From IMG/VR virus record IMGVR_UViG_3300036806_000229: a stretch of 64,000 nucleotides of DNA; one strand, 5' to 3'. Under the pieces are notes generated by a model that was given only the letters and a program-made list of their open reading frames with translations, was not told the origin of the DNA and made no database searches. Source of the DNA: an uncultured virus (IMG/VR IMGVR_UViG_3300036806_000229). Taxonomy: Duplodnaviria; Heunggongvirae; Uroviricota; Caudoviricetes. The position numbers were made by a program, and so were the translations under genes. Shown here piece by piece: positions 37,685 through 46,764 of this stretch (within the stretch, counting starts at the first letter, position 1; every line of letters starts with the position of its first letter).

Positions 37685-38637
37685 AACAGGCAACGTCGGC
37701 CCTGATTTCATACCTGGCCAATAACAACAACGCCGTGGTCACGGATTTATATACATTTGCCTTGGTCAACGGGCAAATAATTCGGGTTATGGATTATCCC
37801 TTGGCAAACTTGGTCGTGCCGAGTGCGAATTTGCCTGGATCGCCGCTAAATTCTGGCGGCGGAAACATAACTTTCACCCGCGGACCGAAGTTTGGCAGAT
37901 CCAAGGTTTCGACGAAGATTGGCATCGAGCCCAGTGATTTAGAAGTTAATATCTATGCCGGAAGTACGGATTTAATTGGAGATTTGTCTTGGCAAGCCTT
38001 GACCGTGGTTGGGGGGTTTGACGGGTGTACAGTGGAATTGGATCGGTTCTTCTTTCCAATCGGCGGCGATGGAATAAATGGGAGCCTGAACGTCAGTCTG
38101 GGCGGCATTGTTTGGTTCTATGGAAAAGTTTCCGACTCCGAAGTCTCCCGCAGCTTAGTAACGTTTAAAGTCAAGTCTTTGTTGCTGTTGCTTCAACAAC
38201 AAACTATGCCAAGGAGATTGTTTCAAACTGGTTGTACCCATATCTTTGGTGATACGATGTGTGGGTATAACAGGTTTGATGGGAAGAATGCGTTAGGCGC
38301 CAGCACCGGAGTTGGTCACGTGGATATTACCGCCTTGGCGTCCTCAAGCCAGACGGATATTGTCTGTGCCTCGGTTGGCGGCAGTGCAAACTATACTCTA
38401 GGATCGTGTACCGGGTTGTCTGGACAAAATGCCGGAATCACGGCCGGGATCGTTTCCTTCGCAATATCCACCGTGGTTGGATTATCCAAACCATTTCCGT
38501 ATCCGGTTCAGATCGGCGATACGTTTCGACTATTGCCGGGTTGTGACCATACCAGTTCGACATGTATGAATGTGTTTAACAATCTGTTACGATATGGCGG
38601 CTTTGACTATATCCCGCCTCCTGAGCTTTCGGTCTAA
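37681..38637 (+). CDS. DUF2163 baseplate hub protein (RcGTA g13-like)
   Basis: C...FGD..C and GDTF..LPGCD....C..F.N...YGGF.YIP.PE. Confidence 0.85.
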   Translation: MKQATSALISYLANNNNAVVTDLYTFALVNGQIIRVMDYPLANLVVPSANLPGSPLNSGGGNITFTRGPKFGRSKVSTKIGIEPSDLEVNIYAGSTDLIGDLSWQALTVVGGFDGCTVELDRFFFPIGGDGINGSLNVSLGGIVWFYGKVSDSEVSRSLVTFKVKSLLLLLQQQTMPRRLFQTGCTHIFGDTMCGYNRFDGKNALGASTGVGHVDITALASSSQTDIVCASVGGSANYTLGSCTGLSGQNAGITAGIVSFAISTVVGLSKPFPYPVQIGDTFRLLPGCDHTSSTCMNVFNNLLRYGGFDYIPPPELSV

Positions 38638-38668
38638 TTATAGCTAGGATTTATGATCAGGAGTTTAC

Positions 38669-39124
38669 ATGAACAACCACAACCACAACCGCAACCCCAA
38701 CCTTCGCCAAATGGTTATCGATGAGGTAAAGACCTGGATCGGAACCAAGTTTCATCACGAGGCCAGAGTTAAAGGTCATGGTGTGGATTGTGGTCAGATG
38801 CTCATCGCCGTGTATGGAAAGTTTGGGTTTATGCCGGAAGATTATAAGCTGGAACATTATCCTGCCGATTTCGCTATGCACCGGGATCGGGAATGGTATT
38901 TGGAGATTGTCCAGGAATTTGCCAAAGAAGTTGACAAACCCGGGCCGGGTGACGTGGTGTTGTTCAAGTGGGGCCGGTTATATTCGCATGGTGGTATTGT
39001 TGTGGATTGGCCGAACATCATCCACGCATGGGCTCCCGCCGAGTGTGTGACACCTTTTAACGCGGAGTTTAACCCGCTTGGCGCTAAGCCCCGGCGGTTT
39101 TTCTCGCCCTTTGACTCGGATTAG
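38669..39124 (+). CDS. NlpC/P60 tail-tip peptidase (RcGTA g14-like)
   Basis: WIGT.FHH..GVDC, PGDVVLF, HGGI, IIHA. Confidence 0.9.
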   Translation: MNNHNHNRNPNLRQMVIDEVKTWIGTKFHHEARVKGHGVDCGQMLIAVYGKFGFMPEDYKLEHYPADFAMHRDREWYLEIVQEFAKEVDKPGPGDVVLFKWGRLYSHGGIVVDWPNIIHAWAPAECVTPFNAEFNPLGAKPRRFFSPFDSD

Positions 39125-39130
39125 ACCCTT

Positions 39131-41104
39131 ATGGCAGGCGGACCCACACCCTTTGTCAATTCCTTTGCCGAACCTGGCCTTGGCTCACTTCGTTACAACA
39201 CCAGTCAATATGGCAATCCATTGCCACTGGTTTATGGTACCCAGCGCGTTAGTGTAAATTTGCTTGAGTTCTGGGGCTTTGAGGGCAGTAATGGCGGCGG
39301 CGGGAAAGGGGGGTTGACTGGGAAATCAGCGGGCGGAAAAAAGGGATCGAATTTTTCCGTTTACATTGCTATGGCCATATGCCAGGGCCCAGTGGCGGCT
39401 TCGGGTTCACATTTCGGTTCCCGTGTCTGGGCTAACGCGGGGATTAAATTCGGCATTTCAAGCGTCGGGTTGAATTTCTTTAGCGGAACAGACGGCCAGT
39501 TACCGGATTCAATATTCGTGTCTAAGGATATGAATACCCCGGTTTTGGGTTATTCTGGTACGGCCTATGTAACTGGTGATCCATTACAACTGGGTGCGAC
39601 GCCAGTTGTACCAAACATCTCGTTTGAGATTACGGGATTTTATGCCGGAACCTGTGGACCAAACTTTCCGGACGATGCGCGTCCGGATAATATCATTTCG
39701 GATTTCCTAACCAATAGTCGGTACGGTGCAGGGTATCCAGGTGTGAATATTGACTATACTGCCCTGGGAGATTTTGGAAACTATTGCCAAGCCGCAAACC
39801 TGGCAATGAGTATGTTAATTGATCGATGCGAGCCAGCGGCCCGGTCAATTGAATATATTTGTCAGGCGGCTGTAGCCGCGGTGTTCTTTTCTGGCGGGTT
39901 GTTGAAAATCGTTCCGTATTCGATTGCGTCGTATTCAGGCAATGGGGCCAGTTGGTCGCCAAATGTCCCAGTTCAATACTCTCTCTCCGATCATGATTTT
40001 CTAGACTGGGGTGGTGGATCTGATCCGGTGATCACAACCCGTACCGATCCATACCAGGCAACGAATTGGTATTCGTGTGAATATCTGGATTCGAGCAATG
40101 CATACAACAATAACATTGCCTATGCATTTGATCAGGGAGCAATTGACCAGTACGGCGTCCGGACCGAAGCCAGCGAAGAAACGCATTTAATCACAAATAT
40201 TACTTCGGCCTCGGCCTCGGCGCAGATCCAGCTTCAACGGAAGCAATTAATCCGTAACACATTTAAATTCCAGCTGCCGTGGATTTATTCACTACTAGAC
40301 CCGATGGACGTGGTGGAACTGACAGATTTAAATGCTGGTTTGGACTATACCCAGGTCCGTATCACGTCAATTTCTGAAAACGATGATTATCAACTCGTTT
40401 TCGAGGCAGAGAATTTGTATGGTGTCACGGCTCCGGTTCCGAGCCCGAATACTCAGGCTCCTAGCGGCACTGTTCCAAATGTCTTTGCTACTCCACCAGA
40501 TGCTAACCCGCCTATAATTTTCCAAGCCAAGCCGCCACTGGGTGGCAGTAATTTTGAAGTTTGGATCTTGTCCTCTGGCGGCGCTGAATGGGGCGGCGCG
40601 AATGTGTGGATCAGTACAGACGGGTCCACATATAACATGGTCGGGGTGTTGTTTGTCGGCGCGAAACAGGGATTATTAACCGCGGGCCTTGCATCATATG
40701 GCGGGGCGAATCCAGATATAACCCATACTCTTTCCGTGGACCTGACGGAGAGTTTTGGAACATTGATGTCAGTTAGCCCGACTGATGCCAGTAATTTTGT
40801 CAGTCTGTGTTTTTGCGACGGGGAATTGTTGAGCTACGAAACCGCGACACTGACAACGACCAGTAATTACAATCTCACCACACTATACCGCGGTTTGTAT
40901 GGGACAACAGGTTTGGGCCACAGTTCTGGGACTAAGTTCGCATTCCTCGGCCTTAGTCCCAGCCCTGTCGGCGTGTTGAAATATACCTATCCGTCGAATT
41001 TGTCGGGAGTATTGATTTATGTCAAACTCCAATCGTTTAACGGGTTTTTGAACGAGACACAGGATTTGTCAAGCCTGACGCCGACGACGTTTACACTGCC
41101 TTAG
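39131..41104 (+). CDS. Tail tip / host-specificity protein (RcGTA g15 / lambda J-like)
   Basis: YG.PLPLVYGT.R, PNISFEI, LDPMDVV, RGLYGT. Confidence 0.85.
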   Translation: MAGGPTPFVNSFAEPGLGSLRYNTSQYGNPLPLVYGTQRVSVNLLEFWGFEGSNGGGGKGGLTGKSAGGKKGSNFSVYIAMAICQGPVAASGSHFGSRVWANAGIKFGISSVGLNFFSGTDGQLPDSIFVSKDMNTPVLGYSGTAYVTGDPLQLGATPVVPNISFEITGFYAGTCGPNFPDDARPDNIISDFLTNSRYGAGYPGVNIDYTALGDFGNYCQAANLAMSMLIDRCEPAARSIEYICQAAVAAVFFSGGLLKIVPYSIASYSGNGASWSPNVPVQYSLSDHDFLDWGGGSDPVITTRTDPYQATNWYSCEYLDSSNAYNNNIAYAFDQGAIDQYGVRTEASEETHLITNITSASASAQIQLQRKQLIRNTFKFQLPWIYSLLDPMDVVELTDLNAGLDYTQVRITSISENDDYQLVFEAENLYGVTAPVPSPNTQAPSGTVPNVFATPPDANPPIIFQAKPPLGGSNFEVWILSSGGAEWGGANVWISTDGSTYNMVGVLFVGAKQGLLTAGLASYGGANPDITHTLSVDLTESFGTLMSVSPTDASNFVSLCFCDGELLSYETATLTTTSNYNLTTLYRGLYGTTGLGHSSGTKFAFLGLSPSPVGVLKYTYPSNLSGVLIYVKLQSFNGFLNETQDLSSLTPTTFTLP

Positions 41105-41116
41105 CGTTTTCGTTGT

Positions 41117-41503
41117 TTATCCTATCCCCGCACCGAAAGCCTCAGCGCACATCTGTGCTGCTGACCCGCATGAACTGTTCGTTGGTCGTGATAGGGTAAA
41201 TACACCTTTATCATCACCTGGATCAGATGCAGGACCAAAATTTAAGTTCTCTGGCCATTCGGCTATTTGTCTTGATTCTTGTTCTAATTCGCCGCCCCGT
41301 TTCCATTTGTCTCTATTCATCCACGCTTCTGTGGATTGAGAATCGATATCCATATCCCTCACTACCCGGCTAGTTTTATTCATGACTGAAGAATATGGGC
41401 GATTGAGTTTTTGAGCCATTTCTGTAACAGAAATTTTGTCCTTTATATAGATTTTTAATTGGTTGATTTCACTTTCCGTCCAGTATTTATTCGTCTTTTT
41501 CAT
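41117..41503 (-). CDS. GcrA/Myb-like HTH regulator
   Basis: WTESEINQLK...SVTEMAQKLNRPYSSVMNK. Confidence 0.55.
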   Translation of the reverse strand: MKKTNKYWTESEINQLKIYIKDKISVTEMAQKLNRPYSSVMNKTSRVVRDMDIDSQSTEAWMNRDKWKRGGELEQESRQIAEWPENLNFGPASDPGDDKGVFTLSRPTNSSCGSAAQMCAEAFGAGIG

Positions 41504-41506
41504 CTC

Positions 41507-41929
41507 TCACTTCTTCCTTTCGATTCGGAGTTTGTATTCAGAAGGTGCTTCTCCAACCACAAACTGCATCTTCCCTTCCATGTGCTCGACCATGTGTTTG
41601 CTACAATACCAATGACCATCGATTCGGTAGAAAATTGATTGGTCGTTGGCAAGGCAGCCAGGTATTCTACATTCCTGCTTCGGAACTGTCTTTGCCTCTG
41701 GTTCTTTCCATGGACAGTTTTCATATTTGTCTTGTTCTAGATCCTGGTTAAAGTCTTCAACTGTTTTGTCATAAGACTTCAACAATCGTTCGAGCCTTGC
41801 GGTTTCACATAACCAGTTGCCGAGATTAATCGCCATCGTTTTGGTTAGCCGGAAGGTTATGCCGGCGACCTCGACCCATATTTCTTCATCCTTAACATAG
41901 GCGCGGATTTGACCTGAAAATTCACTCAT
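41507..41929 (-). CDS. Hypothetical protein with Cys/His metal-binding motif
   Basis: CRIPGC...WYCSKH. Confidence 0.55.
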   Translation of the reverse strand: MSEFSGQIRAYVKDEEIWVEVAGITFRLTKTMAINLGNWLCETARLERLLKSYDKTVEDFNQDLEQDKYENCPWKEPEAKTVPKQECRIPGCLANDQSIFYRIDGHWYCSKHMVEHMEGKMQFVVGEAPSEYKLRIERKK

Positions 41930-41951
41930 TATGTGCGTTCCATGTGTTGGA

Positions 41952-42134
41952 TCATAGATCTGAATACTCCGTTATAATCACCCCGTCTTCAATACGGGTT
42001 GTTTTTTCTGGTTTCTTAACAGGAACTCCAGGAACTCCATATTTTTCTGGATCACCCCAGAAGCCGCATTCTGTACACGGTTCAGTAAGTGTCATCACAT
42101 CCCGGCCACAGTTTATGCATGTACTTGAACTCAT
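41952..42134 (-). CDS. Small zinc-ribbon protein
   Basis: CINC...CTEC. Confidence 0.55.
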   Translation of the reverse strand: MSSSTCINCGRDVMTLTEPCTECGFWGDPEKYGVPGVPVKKPEKTTRIEDGVIITEYSDL

Positions 42135-42135
42135 C

Positions 42136-43332
42136 TCACACTCCTTTTATACTGATCTCGTTTAAGGCTCCTGGTATCCAATACCCGGACCCAGCGGATT
42201 TAATTACCCCAGTTCGTTTTGCCCCCTCAAACACCGGCACAACCCGTTCAGACGGGAGCCGTTGATGAAGCCAGTTGAAGATGTCCTTTTCAAACACTGG
42301 TTTTCGATTGTCTCGGACGTTAGTTCCGTAGGTTTGGTAGACGTAGTAGCGTAATTCGTGCAGTAGGGTCGTGTCGGATTTCATCCCCATTGACAAGAAG
42401 ACATTGGGCATTTGTTCCTCGACGATTAGTAACCACTTCTTTGCCCGGTGAAAATCATGTAAATTGACATGCAGCCCGCGGCCAGAGGACAAGGCCGAAA
42501 TCATACACAACTTTATCGCATACACCGCGCGGCGGGATAGATACTGCGTCAACTTACTATGCGTCGGTAGCGGCGGCATATCTTGACGATACCAGGTGTT
42601 TAATTCATCACACGCATCGTCGTCCCACATGAACTCGCCACACAATTCAAACATTTTATTCAAATCCCGTTCTAAACTGGGAAATTCTTTCTTTTCGGGT
42701 TTTTTAAACAAATCCTTGTCCGCTTGGTTTAGTTTTTCGCCATAGACAAAAATCAATCTTGAGGCAAAGCCTTCGCCCCAGGCGGCTTCGGGGAGGAGAT
42801 TGTTTAAAAAGTCCGGCGTCGTACCGGCCATGAGAGTAAAATTTGGGCGGATAATACGAGTGTCTTTCGTGGTTCTTCTGGGCGCGTTGTAATGCGGCGG
42901 GTTGTCAAAGATATGGTTTAGTGTTGATAAGAAATCTCGATCATTGGCTGGGATTAGGACGCCAAGCTCGAAACAGCAGGATGTCATGGAGGAGAAAATC
43001 AACGGCGTAGTGTGGCCGTTGATTATCATCCGAGTAGAACTTTCCAACGAATCGGTAAAACTGGCCTTGGTCACGTTATCCGGGGCCAGATGCAAGCCTT
43101 TGACTTTGGACAGGAGCATGTAGGCAATCTTCAATGCCACCGTCTTGCCCGACCCCGGACCGCCGACAAGGATTGTATACAGGTTTCCATAACACGGATC
43201 TGGTGCCCAGGTTTCGGTATAAACTCTCCGCTCCATAACTGCGGCAATGGTTGAGATAGCGGTCCAGAGCCGGAAGGATTCCGGTATGTGCATCTCAGCG
43301 GTTTCGGAAAGAAACGTGGTGATCCAGTCCAA
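42136..43332 (-). CDS. DUF3987 / YfjI-like P-loop protein, putative replicative helicase
   Basis: NLYTILVGGPGSGKT, GTTP, GFASRLIFV; next to PolA. Confidence 0.7.
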   Translation of the reverse strand: MDWITTFLSETAEMHIPESFRLWTAISTIAAVMERRVYTETWAPDPCYGNLYTILVGGPGSGKTVALKIAYMLLSKVKGLHLAPDNVTKASFTDSLESSTRMIINGHTTPLIFSSMTSCCFELGVLIPANDRDFLSTLNHIFDNPPHYNAPRRTTKDTRIIRPNFTLMAGTTPDFLNNLLPEAAWGEGFASRLIFVYGEKLNQADKDLFKKPEKKEFPSLERDLNKMFELCGEFMWDDDACDELNTWYRQDMPPLPTHSKLTQYLSRRAVYAIKLCMISALSSGRGLHVNLHDFHRAKKWLLIVEEQMPNVFLSMGMKSDTTLLHELRYYVYQTYGTNVRDNRKPVFEKDIFNWLHQRLPSERVVPVFEGAKRTGVIKSAGSGYWIPGALNEISIKGV

Positions 43333-43355
43333 GATACTGACCTGGGTTGGGTTTT

Positions 43356-43754
43356 TTATCTTTTATGCCGGCTACATCCTATATGGCCACAGATTTCACA
43401 CGATGGTATATCTTCAATACAATCCAATGTGTTCAATGTAAGTAACAGTAGTTTTATATCTCCTCTACATTCTGCGGCTCGCAATTCAAACTTTCCTAAA
43501 GCGTCCCGTAAATCGTTTAGTATATATTTATTTTCAATACATGGTTCTTGTTTGTCCATATATTTAACCCGGTTAATGAGAACTCGTAGAACTTCCTGGC
43601 AGTTAGTTCCTTCTTGCGGTCTCTTCATATCACCAGGAAGCTTATCTCCTATCTTCTTAACGAAGATTATGTGTTCATTGAAAATCCCACGTTCGTCTTC
43701 ATATATAGAATATGATGTCATCTCATATTCATGACCAGGATTAATAACCTTCAT
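43356..43754 (-). CDS. Tad1/Acb2-like anti-defence (signal sponge) protein
   Basis: HEY..I.F..G....VLRVLINRV..PCIEN....L.DAL...E.R pattern like Tad1. Confidence 0.5.
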   Translation of the reverse strand: MKVINPGHEYEMTSYSIYEDERGIFNEHIIFVKKIGDKLPGDMKRPQEGTNCQEVLRVLINRVKYMDKQEPCIENKYILNDLRDALGKFELRAAECRGDIKLLLLTLNTLDCIEDIPSCEICGHIGCSRHKR

Positions 43755-43764
43755 TCTTTATCTC

Positions 43765-45276
43765 CTAAGCCGCGAGTGCCGCGAGCTTCAACTTATCCAA
43801 TCCTCTTGGATTGACTTCGATCAGTTTGCCATCTGACCCTGGTTTGAACCTATTTCCCCATGACCAGCCTCCCTTAACGTCGATTGGGACTGAAAATTCT
43901 CGATCTTTACACCGCAACACCACCTTTGTATGGTTTTTTACCTCGTTAATCAGATCCACTTCATCATCACCTTCCCGAGCCTGAAAATAAATCGCATCGT
44001 GTAGTTGACCCATAAGCCGGATTCGTTTTCCCATATATTTCCACATCCGGTACATGCCGAGGTTGAGGTCCAGAGCCGTAGCACTTTGCGGCATATGCGC
44101 CACCGCGGCTTTGATTGTCTCCTGATCCGTAGGCCGGTCGAAAAAATTCCGTTCCACACCAAAGGCATTGGTTAGTTTTTGATGCCGTTGGAGTTCAGCC
44201 GCGACCCACTGATGAAATCTTGGAATACATGGAAACGCTTGGAAATATGACCGTAGAAATTCTCTTACAAATTCGACGGGGATGTGAACTTCAGACGCCA
44301 TGTGGTCAGGGGTTCCGAGATAATTACATCCATGACCGAGACGTTTAGACTGGTCTCTTCTCGTAAAATGGCGGTAATATGGCATCTCGGCAAGTTTACG
44401 ATCTGTCTTAAGATCACCAGTCCAAGATAAATCCGGCCAAACAAGCCGGGAAACATAGGTGTGTAGATCACCTGATTCGCACGCGTCAAGATACCGCCAG
44501 TCCCCGAATAAGACGCCGCATAAAAAACCCAGCTCTCGACTCTCAGCCTGTTCCTTATCCACTCCATAGAGTTTCCATCCTTCATCTACGATGAACATAT
44601 GGCGGAGATCCGCAGTGATGTTTTGCAGATTCGCGCCGGTGCCGAGAGTTGATTTACTTGATGAAAAGCGATAGCTTACCGTGCCACCGATGTTGTAACT
44701 GGTCCGCATCCGCCAATCATTATCAACCTGGGTTTCTAGAACCTCCAATATCCCTGCCAGATCGCGGTAGAGTAAAATTACCGATACGATTGGTCTGGCG
44801 GCGATGTAATTGCCAATTTTTTCCAGCGCCTTCCGGTCCATCGGAAGTTTAATCCCGTCCTTTGTCCACTTCTTTACCGGCGGGATGCCTAGGTTTTGGT
44901 AAAAGAACCGTTGAAGCTGGGCCGTGGATTCGGGATTGAGTTTTGTAGGTTGTGGATAGTTTTTGGTTTTACTAGGCCCGGGAACTTCGTCCCAGATCGC
45001 TGCTGCGTAAGCGTCGATTATGGCACTCAATTTTGCTAGCTTGTCGCGTGTTTCACGTATCCCTTTCTCCCGCAAATACGGGTCAACCCTCCAGCCTCGT
45101 AACATCATTTCGATAACCAGACCCTGGAGACTGAGCAGAAATTCGTAGATCGGCGATGTGGTTTCGATGTTTTCCAACTTGTCCATGATTTCATACGTAC
45201 CCAGGACATCGCCGCCGTTATATACTTCGGGGTTGGCGTCCTGGGCCGTTAGTTCATGGAAGGCAATAATTGGCAT
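43765..45276 (-). CDS. polA: DNA polymerase family A, polymerase half (with ExoIII motif)
   Basis: T.SYRFSS..NLQNI, motif A DKEQAESR, motif B RDQSKRLGHGCNY, motif C QLHDAI. Confidence 0.9.
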   Translation of the reverse strand: MPIIAFHELTAQDANPEVYNGGDVLGTYEIMDKLENIETTSPIYEFLLSLQGLVIEMMLRGWRVDPYLREKGIRETRDKLAKLSAIIDAYAAAIWDEVPGPSKTKNYPQPTKLNPESTAQLQRFFYQNLGIPPVKKWTKDGIKLPMDRKALEKIGNYIAARPIVSVILLYRDLAGILEVLETQVDNDWRMRTSYNIGGTVSYRFSSSKSTLGTGANLQNITADLRHMFIVDEGWKLYGVDKEQAESRELGFLCGVLFGDWRYLDACESGDLHTYVSRLVWPDLSWTGDLKTDRKLAEMPYYRHFTRRDQSKRLGHGCNYLGTPDHMASEVHIPVEFVREFLRSYFQAFPCIPRFHQWVAAELQRHQKLTNAFGVERNFFDRPTDQETIKAAVAHMPQSATALDLNLGMYRMWKYMGKRIRLMGQLHDAIYFQAREGDDEVDLINEVKNHTKVVLRCKDREFSVPIDVKGGWSWGNRFKPGSDGKLIEVNPRGLDKLKLAALAA

Positions 45277-45284
45277 GGACCGAC

Positions 45285-45632
45285 TTATTGCATAAGATCA
45301 TGTATATCCTCAACCGTGTAACACATGGCGTTAACTATTTCCAAATAAAAGATCCGTTTGTCTCTGAGTCTCGCCCAACGAATCTCCCTGGCTGTGCTTT
45401 CGCCAATGTACCCATCTTTGTTTAGAACCAGGATCGCATCACTGGCGTCGATCTTGGCCAGATGTGTCAGATCTAACAATTCTTTCTGTTCTGATGTGTA
45501 CCAGGTTTTTCCACCTTCTATTGATGGGAAGGTCATAAGTGAATATGAAATATGGCCCATTAGTCCGAGTTTTTTATTCCACTCATGCCAGAGGGACTCA
45601 AACTTGGCACTACCGCAGATTGTAAACTTCAT
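45285..45632 (-). CDS. Nucleoside 2-deoxyribosyltransferase-like protein
   Basis: TICGS..F, H..KID.SDAILVLNKDGYIGEST.REI..A. Confidence 0.65.
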   Translation of the reverse strand: MKFTICGSAKFESLWHEWNKKLGLMGHISYSLMTFPSIEGGKTWYTSEQKELLDLTHLAKIDASDAILVLNKDGYIGESTAREIRWARLRDKRIFYLEIVNAMCYTVEDIHDLMQ

Positions 45633-46126
45633 ATCACATCTCCTGTTTCTTTAACAATTAAACACACATTCACCATTGCCTCATCGAACAGTTGACGCGC
45701 TTGGTTTACAGATTCCAACTTAAAACCCTCTTCTATTGGAGTGTAAAAGGCAAATACATTTTTAATTCCGGCTTGGATTAAATGAACTGCGCATCGAACG
45801 CAGGTTGGGGTAAAGCCTGGTCCATGAATATATATACTACACCCTGTAACATCTTCCCTGGAATTAATTAACGCGTTTTGTTCAGCATGAATCACACGGG
45901 AGTATTTTATTTCCCGGTCGTTGTATAATCTTTCCGCGTCACTAACCCCGCGCGGGAAGCCATTAAACCCAACCGAAGCAATGGTTCGGTTTGGCCGGAT
46001 GATTACTGCACCACATTTGGTACTTGGATCTTTAGACCAGTAAGAAATGTGTTCAGCGAGGTCAAGAAAACGGTAATGCCATTTTAAGGATTCTAATTTT
46101 AATGATTCTGAATATTGTTTAATCAT
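45629..46126 (-). CDS. dCMP deaminase
   Basis: SKDPSTKCGAVI, GFNGFPRG, HAEQNA, PTCVRC. Confidence 0.9.
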   Translation of the reverse strand: MIKQYSESLKLESLKWHYRFLDLAEHISYWSKDPSTKCGAVIIRPNRTIASVGFNGFPRGVSDAERLYNDREIKYSRVIHAEQNALINSREDVTGCSIYIHGPGFTPTCVRCAVHLIQAGIKNVFAFYTPIEEGFKLESVNQARQLFDEAMVNVCLIVKETGDVI

Positions 46127-46728
46127 TTGGTTAGGTTCCTCATTAACGGACCGGCTCCTAATTCTTTCTCGACAGAAGGACGATCGTCAATTAATCGATT
46201 TTGGACCGTACAATCAGCAAGAATACCGAGACATGCAATTCCATGAGCTAAATGAGGTATTCCGCTTTCTGGATCAATATCTTCTCCGTCCTGCCATGCC
46301 AAGATATGGCGCATCGCAGCTCCCACATAAGTTTGAGCCTTAACCGCACTTTTCCGCCAATTGAAAGGGCCATACTTATCCCCTCCTTGCTTGAAAGCTA
46401 GAGCTGCATATATCATTAACGTAGACGGAACCAAATGAAGTGGAATCTTTTTATCTCCATATATTTGCTTTAGGTTGGGCGGCAAGTTATTTAAATCTTT
46501 TTCGACATTAGATTCCAAAACCGAACGGTTTGGATGATAATTTGAACTAGAATCAACTTGCCGTGGAACCTTACGCTGGATCTTTGGATCATGTCCCGCA
46601 GCGAGTTTCTTATCCTTTTCACTTTTCCATTCTGGAAAGGATGGAAATTTAGTCCAATGTTCAGGCACACATCTTTGTTTTGCTTTCTCATATTCAGCCA
46701 GCTCATCCATTTCTACCGCCATAATCAT
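46123..46728 (-). CDS. dATP/dGTP diphosphohydrolase domain protein (DUF5664)
   Basis: G..KYG.FNWR..RH..AW.DGED.DPESG.PHLAH. Confidence 0.8.
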   Translation of the reverse strand: MIMAVEMDELAEYEKAKQRCVPEHWTKFPSFPEWKSEKDKKLAAGHDPKIQRKVPRQVDSSSNYHPNRSVLESNVEKDLNNLPPNLKQIYGDKKIPLHLVPSTLMIYAALAFKQGGDKYGPFNWRKSAVKAQTYVGAAMRHILAWQDGEDIDPESGIPHLAHGIACLGILADCTVQNRLIDDRPSVEKELGAGPLMRNLTK

Positions 46729-46764
46729 CCTCCATGTTTGGGTGAATCGAAACTCGGAACTAGT

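Noticed and set aside
37058..41104. Gene transfer agent
   Set aside because: The tail tip is RcGTA-like, but the window has its own replication and early genes and no host genes, so it is a phage
45285..46760. Intron or intein interrupting polA
   Set aside because: The interval holds three ordinary translationally coupled metabolic genes; no homing endonuclease, splice-junction residues or group I/II features were seen
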